In this document: positions 15,240 to 26,876 of the stretch, piece after piece
Position numbering within the stretch: the stretch's first letter is position 1
Layout of the letters: each line of letters opens with the position of its first letter
Made by a program: the position numbers and the translations under genes
DNA from: Octopus sinensis
Lineage: Eukaryota
DNA: 64,000 bases
Reading direction: 5' to 3'
Assembly (NCBI RefSeq): GCF_006345805.1
Contig: NC_043005.1
Coordinates: 85,684,001 to 85,748,000 of the forward strand
The notes under the pieces: model-generated
The model's input: only the letters and a program-made list of their open reading frames with translations
Told to the model about the DNA's origin: nothing
Database searches by the model: none

Positions 15240-15340
15240 CTTTAGACAATGCATTGTTTCGGTGTTTTTAATGGCAAACCAGCTCAATTAAATTAAATTA
15301 AACTAAGTCAATCAACCAAGGCTACACCTCATCGGTAAAG
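15240..15340 (-). ncRNA. Type I hammerhead ribozyme with U4C core variant and palindromic stem III
   Basis: CUUUA CCGAUGA GGUGU..(58 nt)..ACACC GAAA CAAUGCAUUG UC UAAAG. All three stems pair; GUC triplet. Confidence 0.68.
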
Positions 15341-15388
15341 AAGCCAAGGAGGGACAGATATACACGAGGCAGCTGTGTATATACATAT

Positions 15389-15422
<34 letters not shown>

Positions 15423-15720
15423 ATATATATATATATATAAATATGAATAGCTTCGCGTAAACCATTGGTTCGTTTTGTTCTTTGACTTTATTATCATCTT
15501 ATAATCATCTCATAATAATGACCTTTATGACTCGTATTACTACCTCAATCAATCTAAATGTGTATATTTGTCGCTACCTGTCATAAATTCATAACTAGCC
15601 TTTTTTTATTTGCAATATGCATTTTCGTTGATTTTTCATATTTTATCCTTACATTTCCACGTGTATTTTATATTTTCTTTTCGTAACATATTTCTAATAT
15701 ATATATATATATATATAATA

Positions 15721-15772
<52 letters not shown>

Positions 15773-16130
15773 TACATACATGCATACATACATACATACA
15801 TACATACATACATACATACATACATACATACATACATACATACATACATACATGCATGCATACATACCAGAGTAGGCACATAAATGCGAAACAAGGTGGA
15901 GAAAGTAGTACTTGAATACCAAGGGTAGAGTAATAGTCTTTGCTAAAAAGTAGCAAAAATATCACAAAAACTGTTACTCAGAGTTTCACGTTCCTGTTCG
16001 TCGGTCAACCTGACGAACGGAAAGGTTAAACTCTGAGAATAAGTCCTGGATTCGAGTTGCTCGACTAAAGACGGTGCTCCAGCATAACTACAGTCAAATG
16101 ACTGAAACAAATAAAAGAGTATATATATTT

Positions 16131-16339
16131 ATTCTTTTATCTGTTTCAGTCATTTGACTGCTGCCATGCTGGAGCACCACCTTTAGTCGAAGAAATCGAC
16201 AACATGACTTATTCTATCGTGGTCTTTTGCCGAATCGCTAAGTTACAGGGACCTAATTACACGGACATCGCTTGTCAAGATTTGTTGTGTGTGTGGCGGG
16301 GGAACCACAGACACAAACATATACACATACACACACATA

Positions 16340-16383
<44 letters not shown>

Positions 16384-16385
16384 AT

Positions 16386-16446
<61 letters not shown>

Positions 16447-16620
16447 ATACACTCATATATATATACATATATGCAATGGGCTTCTTTCAGTTTCCGTCTA
16501 CCAAATCCACTTACAAGGCTCTGGTCGAAGCGAGGCTACACTAGAGCACAGACACCGGATGTGTCACGCAGTGGGATCGAACCCGGAACCATGTGATTGG
16601 GAAGCAAGCTTCTTACCACA
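16131..16620 (-). mobile_element. SINE family C copy with internal (TA)n; 3' halves also at about 105-205, 1385-1500, 16037-16119, 37185-37395, 40005-40205, 44305-44520, 49835-50198, 58405-58615
   Basis: Shared blocks gtttcagtcatttgactgc.gccatgctggagcacc.cctttagtcg and cttctttcagtttccgtctaccaaatcc. Confidence 0.85.
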
Positions 16621-17879
16621 TTCGCCCTTAAAGGGTTAACACAAGTTAGTTTTCTCTCACAACTATGAAAATATCAACCGAAAAAACTTCCAGATTGTTC
16701 TGCGTCAGTGTAAGACACAGATCGGTATTTGGCAGGAAAACAATTGGAATTTTGGGAAGAAAATATTTTCCATTCGTCTCCATGGTTTTCCCCAGTGCCA
16801 AGGCCTGGCAATGAAAGATCCCGGTCATTTTACCTTCCATTAAGCAGGTGTAGCACACTGCGGATGATATATATCAGGCTGGCTCCCTTGCAGTTTTACC
16901 TCTCAACGTGTTCCAATATAAGTTGACCACTCAATTGCATCAACAGGCTTTAGCAAAAGGGAGATCAAACACTTTTATGTCGCATTCTGCATTTCTCTGA
17001 TCCATACATATGCGCTACCCACCACCACCACCACCACCACCACAATAATACACAAACAGATACATGCATTGGCACACAGACACAAACACACATGCACGCT
17101 GGTTTATAGATAGATACTTGCAACAATATTTTCAATGGCGGTTATCTACACGCTCAAACACTTCTCTCTCAATCTACAAATTAATTTTCGCTACGTCTCT
17201 CTCTCTTCCTTCATCTTACTGCCGCTGTGAATATCGCTCATTCCCCCTCCTCCTCCTCCTTCTCTACTTCCTCCTTCTCCTCTTCCTCTTCTCTCTCTCT
17301 CTCCCTCTCTTCCCACGTCCGTTCTTTCACACGTTTTCTTACATAGCTGCTATCTACCTCTTGTATTTCATCTAACTGTTTATCTATCCTTTATCTATCT
17401 TTCTACGTAGCTGGACGTACAATTGTATAATCTATCAACATGTCTGCCTAACATTGTACTCAACATACACACACACACACACCACACACATATACACAAA
17501 CAGAGGCACATAAGTATATAGGTATATGTGTATGAGAGTATATGCCTGTAGGTGAGTAATATAGACGTCTTACTGTGTGTCGGTATAGAACAATATACAA
17601 GTATACATACGTAAATATACACTCTCATATATGAATATATGCTTTTATATATATATATATGTATGTATATATAAATATGTTTGAGTGTATGTATGTAGAG
17701 ATATACATCCTTACTTACACACATATACATATATATTTATATTTAAAAGGAAGGAAGTATATGTATGCACATATATACATACATCTATGCGCATATATAA
17801 AAATACACACACACACACACACATATATATATGCATATGCATACATTTATGTTTATATATATGTGTGTAAATTAATGTT

Positions 17880-17917
<38 letters not shown>

Positions 17918-17936
17918 TAGATAGATAGATAGATAT

Positions 17937-17979
<43 letters not shown>

Positions 17980-18085
17980 CACATATATACATATGTATGT
18001 ATACATATGTCTGTATATAAATATATATATATATATTTATATATACATATATATATGCACATATATATATATATATACATGTGTG

Positions 18086-18123
<38 letters not shown>

Positions 18124-18140
18124 CGTGCATATATACATAC

Positions 18141-18177
<37 letters not shown>

Positions 18178-18950
18178 CATAGACACATACACACACAGAC
18201 ACACAAAGACACACACACACACACACGAACAGATACCTATACACACTTGGCGCTCTCGTATTTCTGCTTCCTTCTATATTCACATATCGCTGTCCAACTT
18301 TTATATCGCTTCCTATGCTTCGTTAATACACAGAAGCGTCTCTATATCTTTCTCTCTTTATCACTCACTATCTCTGCTATAAACCTCTTCAGCTTTTAAC
18401 CAAACACCAACATATCTTCGTCGTCTCTCCGCTCCAACTGTCCCCCAACTCTTATGTTATTTCCATGAAACCACCATCAAAGCTGCCCATATTAATGCAA
18501 CGCGTTGAACATATTACTGGGACCAAATTTAATCTACCGACTTGGTTAATTCTGCATTTAAAGGGACAATAAACACAGAAGGTGATTGTGAGGTTCTGCT
18601 TCATCCTTTTTACTAACATCGTGCTAGGAAGAATAAACTAATCAGAGTGAGTGTTAGGTCAGAGGGACCTTTACTGAAGGCAGCCAATATTGTGATGTCT
18701 TTTAATATACATGCGACACAGTCTTTTAGTCTTTAAGATGCCAAACTTTACCGTTCTTTGCTGCTGCTGGTGCTGTTACTGCTGAGCGTAGCGGTCTTCT
18801 GTAGTGGGAGAAGTGCGAATCGTGGTCCTTTGCTATTCGTAAGACCGCTTAAGAGAAAGCAGGTCAATCCCCCCCCCCCGACACCGAGAACATCGACGGA
18901 TGGATGAATGCGCATCCAGGCTCAGCAGTAGCGTAGGAGGTCGGGGACAG

Positions 18951-19142
18951 AAAACAGGAGGAAAGAGTGAGAGAAAGCTGGAGCGAAAGAGTACAACAGG
19001 GGTCGCTACCAACCCCTGCCGGAGCTCGTGGAGCTTTATGTGATTTCGCTCAATAAACACACACAACGCCTGGTCTGGGAATCGAAACCGCGATCCTCCG
19101 ACCGCGAGTCCGCTGCCCTAACCATTGTGCCATTGCGCCTCC
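18951..19142 (-). mobile_element. SINE family B 5' part
   Basis: Reverse complement of 39501-39690. Confidence 0.85.
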
Positions 19143-19588
19143 ACTGCTGCTGTTGCTGTTATTGTTGTTGTCTTTGTAAACAGTGTTATTGTTGCTGTTG
19201 TTATTACTTGTCAGCAGTACGTTCAGCACCGAGGTGGTCATTGTAAAACTCAAAGAATTCCAAACATAATCACACCATGTTCTTTTTGCCTGAAGCTACA
19301 TTAGCCAAAGTGGTTTTTCTTTCGAAATTCGGCTGCTGTTTCTAGCAAGACTATTGAGCACATAGACGTTACTGCATCGATTTGAAGCTGTTCATTGTTG
19401 TTGTTTTTGTTGACGATGATGATGTCGTTATCGTTGCTATGGTTGTTCTCTGTTTTCCCCTTCTTCATAATCTAGAAAAGCTAATTCTTAACAGCAGATG
19501 CAGTTTCGTGAAGAAATTTCTGCAAGACAATATATATTTAAACCTGAAGTGCTTTCATTGGTAAACTTTTAAGGTAGCTCTTACGCAA

Positions 19589-19759
19589 GGCGGAGGCGTA
19601 GCTGTGTGGCAAGCAGATTGCTTACCACTACATGGTTCCATGTTCAGTCCGACTGCGAGAACCTTCGACAAGTGTCTTCTTCTATAGGCTCAGATCAACT
19701 AAGGCCTTGTGAATGGATTTGGTAGAGACGGGAAAACTGAACGAAACCCGTCATATATT

Positions 19760-19829
<70 letters not shown>

Positions 19830-20026
19830 TGTGTGTGTGTTTCACTTCGTACCGCTTAACAACTGGTTTTAGTGTGTTAACATCCGCGTAACATTGCGGT
19901 TCGGCAAAAAGTAACGATAGAATAAGCACCAGGCTTTAAAAGACAGTCGATTCATTCGAGTAAAATTCTCCGAGGCGTTGCTCCAGAATGGCCGCAATTT
20001 CACGGCTGAAACATATGAAAAGTAAA
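19589..20026 (+). mobile_element. tRNA-derived SINE family C (CORE-like) with internal (TG)n
   Basis: tRNA-like head ggcgtagctgtgtgg..gttcagtcc, CORE-like acct..caagtgtctt, internal microsatellite, tail ctccag.atggccgca..gactgaaac. Confidence 0.82.
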
Positions 20027-20215
20027 CGAAATGACAATATATTGTTAGAGATTTCACGGTGAACAGACTAAACGTAAAGAAAGTTTGTCCTCTCTGTGTT
20101 TAGCCCTTTGTGGGTAGTAAAGAAATAGGTATTTCGTCTCCCGTTTCGTTTTGAGTTCGAATTCCGCTGAGGTCGACGTTGCTTTCATCCTTTCAGGGTC
20201 GCTTAAATAATTACC

Positions 20216-20446
20216 TATTTCTTTACTACCCACAAGGGGCTAAACACAGAAGGGACAAACAAGGACAGACAAAGGGATTAAGTCGATTACATCGACACCA
20301 GTGCGTAACTGGTACTTAATTTATCGACCCCGAAAGGATGAAAGGCAAAGTCGACCTTAGCGGAATTTGAACTCAGAACGTAACGGCATACGAAATACGG
20401 CTACGCATTTCGCCCGGGTCGTTAACGGTTCTGCCAGCTCGCCGCC
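20216..20446 (-). mobile_element. SINE family A copy inserted into an opposite-strand family A copy
   Basis: 12-bp TSD taaataattacc at 20204-20215 and 20449-20460; flanking halves are + strand family A. Confidence 0.88.
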
Positions 20447-21121
20447 TATAAATAATTACCAGTTATGCACTGGGGTCGATGTAATCGACTTAAAAACCCT
20501 TTGTCTGTCCTTGTTTGTCCCCTCTTTGTTTAGCCCCCACTGTGGGCAATAAAGGGAATAAATATACGAATGGCTATGCCTATATTTAGAAAAGTACACT
20601 CAATAATGTTTATTTTAGCAAGTTTAAAGTGATTTTCTCTGCCGTAATCCATTTAGCATTTTTGTGGTTCTTCCATTACCGTGATGCCCTGATCACGTGC
20701 GTATTTTACTTAATGGATTATCCAGCCAAGTTTGCATCTGTGTTCACTGAACTGAGATTGTTGAGCATGCGTCTTGTTTCCAAGACGACCTCAGGTCACG
20801 TGCATTCAGTCTACTTAATCAGAATAAAAGGCCTAGTTGGATGAATGTATGAAGGTGGGGAATGTAAGCCGGGGCCACTTACGCAAAAGAGTCCAGGTAT
20901 TTCGGGGCAAGGTTTGAGACTATCAGGAACGTTTATCCCGAAATAACACTCTTATCTCTATATTCGGTCTTAATTTACACCGTTCATTCTACATCATTTA
21001 GTTAACACGATCTCCTCAATCATATTTCATCACACCGACCAACAACTATCGATTAATTTGCACTTTACATCGCCCATCAATTTATTCTGTACCGCTATGT
21101 GTACATACATACATATACATA

Positions 21122-21170
<49 letters not shown>

Positions 21171-21423
21171 TTATATTTACACACACACACACACACACAC
21201 ACATACACACATATATATATATATACATATATATACACATACATATATACACATACACGTATACAAGAATACATATAGATACACATATGCACATGTGGGC
21301 GTATGTTCATGTCTGTATTTATGTATATATGCAGACACACACATTCACACAAACATATACATATACTTATATACATATGCGTATATGTGCGCACATATAA
21401 TGATAAACATAGCGGACTCACAG

Positions 21424-21457
<34 letters not shown>

Positions 21458-22396
21458 GCACACACACATATATGTGTGTTCATATACATATGTGTTTATT
21501 TATTCATATATATATATAGACACACATACATACTAACATACATATATATATATATACATATACGCACACACAGACACACACATATATATATATATATATA
21601 TAAATACATATATATGCATATGACTATGTATATATGCATAGTCATATGAAGATATACATACACAAACACACACACAAATAACCACAACCAACCACGTACA
21701 CTTGTGTGCGTATGTGTGTGGTGAAATTGTGTGCGTGAGAGAGTTCATATAAATCTCCTTGAATTTTCCTAACTGAATTATATCCAAATATATCTACATT
21801 TTTCTCTCTTCTGTCAATCACCTGAGGGACCTTTCTTAATTATATAATTCACGCATCTGTTTTCAGTGACAATTATTGTGCAAATATTACCTATATTTAG
21901 CAATATTACTGCGAGATAATAACAATAATTTTGAAGATAAGGAAGTATAAATCTACAATATTACTGAAATGTATAACTGATTACATCGATCGGCTTATTT
22001 GAGCCAATAATGATGACACGACTTTGTCTCGACCAGACAATACTTGCAGCTAGTGTCCTTCGAACCTTCTCCTACTTGCTTATATATGTTCTATGTATGA
22101 CTTTAAACTGCTTCCGATAGTAAGACCCTGGTTCAGGAGTTCCATGTTTTCGAAGAGAGTGGAAAAATATCTTGGCCACTGCTATTCCCAAGTCTGCTAT
22201 TCCCTCCCGGAGTCGCAGTACCTGTAAAATGGCATGTATCTGCCCGAGCCAGAGTACGCTGAATTTTATTGGATGCGGTAGAGGATGCAGCATGATGAAT
22301 ATTTCGGCAAATGAATTTATTTACCGAAATTTTCTGAGTGGATGAACAGACAACAAATTCTCAACTCCAGGATCAACCAGCTCAGTTAGCGAAATA

Positions 22397-23025
22397 CAGT
22401 AATCCCACGCCATATCGCGGTTCACTTTTCGCGGTTCATCTCGCATGGTTTATTATTTAAGCTTACTTCGATCCCTCCGTGGTGTTGTTTTGCATTTATA
22501 ATAATATAAATCTTTACAAATCTCTCTCTCTATATATAAAGCTGAAGTTGTATGTGTATGGCAGGTTTGGTAGCCTTCAACTAACACTATCTCCTCCGAG
22601 ACCCTGCGGCACATGTTGACCAAAATTGAAAGTATGATAGAGAAAGGCCTGCGCTTCCTTTCGTAGAAGAAAAAAATTCAAATCGGATCATAAGACCAAA
22701 AATTATTTACATCAAAAAGGTGCTTTTTTCTATGAAAATCCCTATTTTTTTCGATTTTTTGACTTTTGTGTCGCCATTTTTCGGTGTATTTCAACCAGAA
22801 AAATGTTTACTTAAAGAGAATAACAAGCTACATAATGCGAAATGTTTACTTTTCAAAAATTCCAATTCTAAAGGGTCGAAACAAACCCGAGCAACGCCGG
22901 GCGATACTGCAAGTTATAGAAATAATTCAAAAAAATATACAGTACAGTACTGTTTCTACTTCGCGGATTTTCACCTATCGCGGTGGGTTTGGAACGTAAC
23001 ATCCGCGATAGTCGACGGATTACTG
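22397..23025. mobile_element. Tigger/pogo-type MITE interrupted by a Helitron
   Basis: TIRs CAGTAATCCCACG / CGACGGATTACTG, with TA target duplication at 22395-96 and 23026-27. Confidence 0.75.
22521..22913 (+). mobile_element. Non-autonomous Helitron
   Basis: Starts TC after A (tctct..ctatatataaagctgaag), has a subterminal hairpin CCCG-agcaacgc-CGGG (22886-22901), and ends CAAG (CTAG variant) before T. No TSD. Confidence 0.72.
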
Positions 23026-23379
23026 TACTGCTATCATCTGCAGTAGTGTGGTGCGCAGATGAGATAATTCAACTAGCGAAAGACCAAGGTGAATAAGACC
23101 CAAGCCAGATGTTCTTGCTGCATCGCTCGACCGAGATATCTGGCATGGAAAAATTACGTTGGTACGGGAAAGTCTTTGGACCAGATAACGATGATTCGCT
23201 TAAAAATGGTCACGTTGGATAATGTTAACTTGTGTTTTCTGCACACAAAAAATGATAGTCAAGGATCAAACGCTTTTGATTATAGCTCCCTCAGACTCCG
23301 GGCCCACTTTTGGTTAAACAAAATTACTTTTGGTAATCAATCTTTTGATTGATTACCAAAACTTAAAGAACCAAAGCAG

Positions 23380-23597
23380 TCACAATATTGGGCGGCTTAA
23401 ACAAATAAAGGAAATTGGAATAGAGTACCCAGCAGAACTGTTATAAAAGTGGTGCCTCCTTGGCACGTCCAGAATAACCAGGAAAGTACTAGATAACTGA
23501 GAAGAATGGGTAGTATAGTACCATAGGCTGCAGGCAACAAGCCCCCTATCCATGCAAGACTCCAGGAGTTACAACAAAGCCTGTTATAAAGATAAAC
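23380..23597 (+). mobile_element. R4/Dong-type 3' fragment, third diverged family
   Basis: Reads KEIGIEYPAELL*KWCLLGTSRITRKVLDN*, the RLE C-terminal LLGT(A/S)RI.RKVL motif; followed by (AAT)n. Confidence 0.65.
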
Positions 23598-23644
<47 letters not shown>

Positions 23645-23649
23645 TGATG

Positions 23650-23716
<67 letters not shown>

Positions 23717-23768
23717 TAATAATAGTAATAATAATATTGATTACAGATAATAATAATATTGATTATAG

Positions 23769-23802
<34 letters not shown>

Positions 23803-23803
<1 letters not shown>

Positions 23804-24019
23804 TGTCGGAGCAGTGGGAACAATGAGTAAAAATCTTGAGAAGTACATGGCAGAAATTGGGTCTGCAATAAGGGTGGAGCACTTGCAGAAAACACCACTA
23901 CTTGGAACCGCTCGAATTCTCCGGATGGTGCTCGAAAAATAAGGTGTGTTTGCTTAGTTCTGTGGTAGGGAACAGCTAGCACCGTTGTACATTTCCGACG
24001 ATAGAAGCTGTGCGAAGAC
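23803..24019 (+). mobile_element. Shorter 3' fragment of the same R4/Dong family
   Basis: Similar to 24380-24602 (IVGAVGTMSKNLEKY..EHLQKTPLLGTARILRMVLEK*); (AAT)n on both sides. Confidence 0.85.
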
Positions 24020-24069
24020 AATAAGTAATATATAATAATAATAATGATAATATTTTCTTTTTCTTTTTT

Positions 24070-24602
24070 CATTGGATACTTTACAAGTTTGGACTCGACC
24101 GAGCAAAAAATTAGTATGATCACAAACCTGAAGGGCTCGTCGAAAATAGAAATGCAAAGATCCTATGAGATTTCATGATTCAGTGCGACCATGAGATAGA
24201 GAAGAGGAAGCCGGGCATAGTCTTAATTGAGAAAGAAAACAAACTATGCTGGATCATAGATATAGCATGCCCAGCTGACAACAAGGTATGCAATAAGGAA
24301 GAAAGAAAAGTTGAGAGATATGACAGGTTAGCTTGGGAAGGTAAACAGTTGGGGACGATGAAAAAAGTAGCAGTAGTACCAATAATTGTCGGAGCCCTGG
24401 GAACAGTGAGCAAGAATCTGGAGAGATGCGTGGAACAAATAGGGGCTGCAATAGGGGTGGAGCACTTGCAGAAAACAGCACTGCTTCGAAACGCTCGAAT
24501 ACTCTGCAAGGTGCTCGAAAAATAAGGGGTGTTACCTTAGTTCACTGGTAGTGAACAGCTTACACTGTAGTACATCTCCAGCATTAGAAGCTGTGTAAAG
24601 GC
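24070..24602 (+). mobile_element. R4/Dong-type LINE 3' fragment (RLE domain), second family
   Basis: ORF 24175-24525 IQCDHEIEKRKPGIV..IIDIACPAD..VPIIVGALG..LQKTALL..ARILCKVLEK*; short 3' UTR followed by (AAT)n. Confidence 0.88.
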
Positions 24603-24676
<74 letters not shown>

Positions 24677-25213
24677 TGATGATGACGACGACGACGATGA
24701 TGATGATGAGGAGGAGGAGGGGGAGGGGGAGGGGGAAGAGGAGGAGATGGGTAATAATCATTGTTTTTGTAAATAATGCTTAACTTGTCTGAATCGAGGA
24801 TCATTGATGATATTTGGTAAGCAAAAGAGACACAAATTCATTGTAATGATGAAGTGAGGAAGAAAATTCTTGCATTGAAAATTGTTTTTGCAACTTGACT
24901 GATTTGGAGATAATGGCGATCATCGATGAAAATCAGGTGATAGAAAAACATTGTGAAGAAGAAGGAAACGTTTCTATAATTACAACTTTATTGCGATAGA
25001 TATTCCTGTAGAGTTAGTGTACATTTAGCTTAGCGGTCATTGTTATATTACATAGAGCTGAGTATGGAAATACCGAAACGTAAACGCGATTTACATGGAA
25101 ACACGAAAACTTATTGCAAAAAAATAAAATAATAGCAAGAAATTGCATCCAAGAATCTAGAAATTTAGATTACTTTTAGGAATTTTAATAATCTTAATCA
25201 ACTGAAATTGATT

Positions 25214-25292
<79 letters not shown>

Positions 25293-25310
25293 CCTATCTA
25301 TCTATCTATC

Positions 25311-25349
<39 letters not shown>

Positions 25350-25373
25350 CTATCTATCTATCTATCTACCTAC

Positions 25374-25433
<60 letters not shown>

Positions 25434-25864
25434 GTATCTATCTATCTAGGATCATGCTCAAAGTGCTCGGAATTGTGTAGAATTTGACGACATGGCAACG
25501 ACAGTAAGCACGCAGTGAAATAAGTGTTTTGTTATTTTTATTCTATATATCACTTTGATCTCCCCATTGTAGATCTACATTTCATTTATGGCGGATGATG
25601 TTTATCAAATTAATATTTGACGGAAGAAGAAATCAATTCGCTAGCAGAAAAGCATTTTGTCTTGTGCGGTATTTCTGTGCTATCAGCAGCCAATTGTTTG
25701 GAGTTCATTAACAAAGCCTATTTGGGGTGAAAAGTGTTGGATCAATCATCAGAATAATAGCCCTAACAAAGGATAGTTAGCGCATTTGTAAGATCTTGCA
25801 ATCTTACACTTAAACCCGAAGAAATGTAAAGTTAATGCTTTTTTCAGAATCTCTTCGGGATTAC

Positions 25865-26065
25865 GTGTAGGGATTTATTTCGTTTAATCCTCCATTCAGT
25901 CTAGATGGTTTCCCTAATGTAGTTGGGTTATTCCCGATGCTAATAAGACAGAATTTCTCAGAAATTCTTATATCTTATAAACTCTTTAGTAATCATAATA
26001 TCAAAGTTGGCTACTCATGCATAGATAATATCGCTTCCAACATTGCATGCTTCAACAGAAAGCAC
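25865..26065 (+). mobile_element. Penelope-like element fragment (post-RT region)
   Basis: Reads ..FNPPFSL.. then LIRQNFSEILISYKLFSNHNIKVGYSCIDNIASNIACFNRK, resembling the PLE WFNPPFS...IFNRNTVKVSYSCMPN motif. Confidence 0.7.
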
Positions 26066-26786
26066 AAGCACATTCACAGTCTATATCGCAACCTTTTCCT
26101 GCCAAATGAGAACATGTAACTGTTGAAATCACATTAACTGCCCACAGGGAGAACATAATTCATAAAGTTTGTGATTTAATTCATATCACCCGGTGTCACA
26201 AGGAGTCATTTTACGGGAAAAACAGCTTATGATTTTAAGAGGTAAAATTACGATAGATGTACTGACAGGGAAATCACCATGTAACTGGCCCACTTCATTT
26301 GCAGAATGTCCGAGCGAAACCAGTGATCTCCATAGCATAACAAGATATGTCCTAGATAAACTTACTGAGTTCCAAAAGGGAAGAATTTATTAATACCAAA
26401 TCCGTGCCCTTAAGAAAATGCATATTTATATTTTTCTATCCAGCAATGAATCTTATTTACTGCGGAAATTTCTATGTATTTCGATCAATCTATTTATTTC
26501 ACTCTTAGTCAAGGGTTTCTATATAGGTTGCGCCGCAGCGATGCGATAGGTTATCGTAACGACCCTAGGAAAATTTAAATTGCATAGGGCCGAGTCAGTC
26601 TGTTTTATATAAATAACACACACACTCGCACACATGTACAAACACACATACTCATACACACGCTCGCACACACGCACACACATGCGCATGTTTACAAAAA
26701 TTAAAAGTGCCATGCTCGAAAGAAAGCTCTCGGCCCGTGGAATCCTTTTGTGACTTCTGCCGATATATATATATACAAATATGTAT

Positions 26787-26876
<90 letters not shown>

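Noticed and set aside
18738-18870. Signal-peptide-like LLLLVLLLLSVAVFC followed by KRK (neuropeptide-like)
   Set aside because: No in-frame ATG (upstream stop), the Leu run comes from a degenerate (CTG)n, and the donor site is weak.
22072-22293. 73-aa minus-strand ORF in non-repetitive sequence
   Set aside because: No recognisable domain; the neighbourhood looks like old TE debris interrupted by a MITE.
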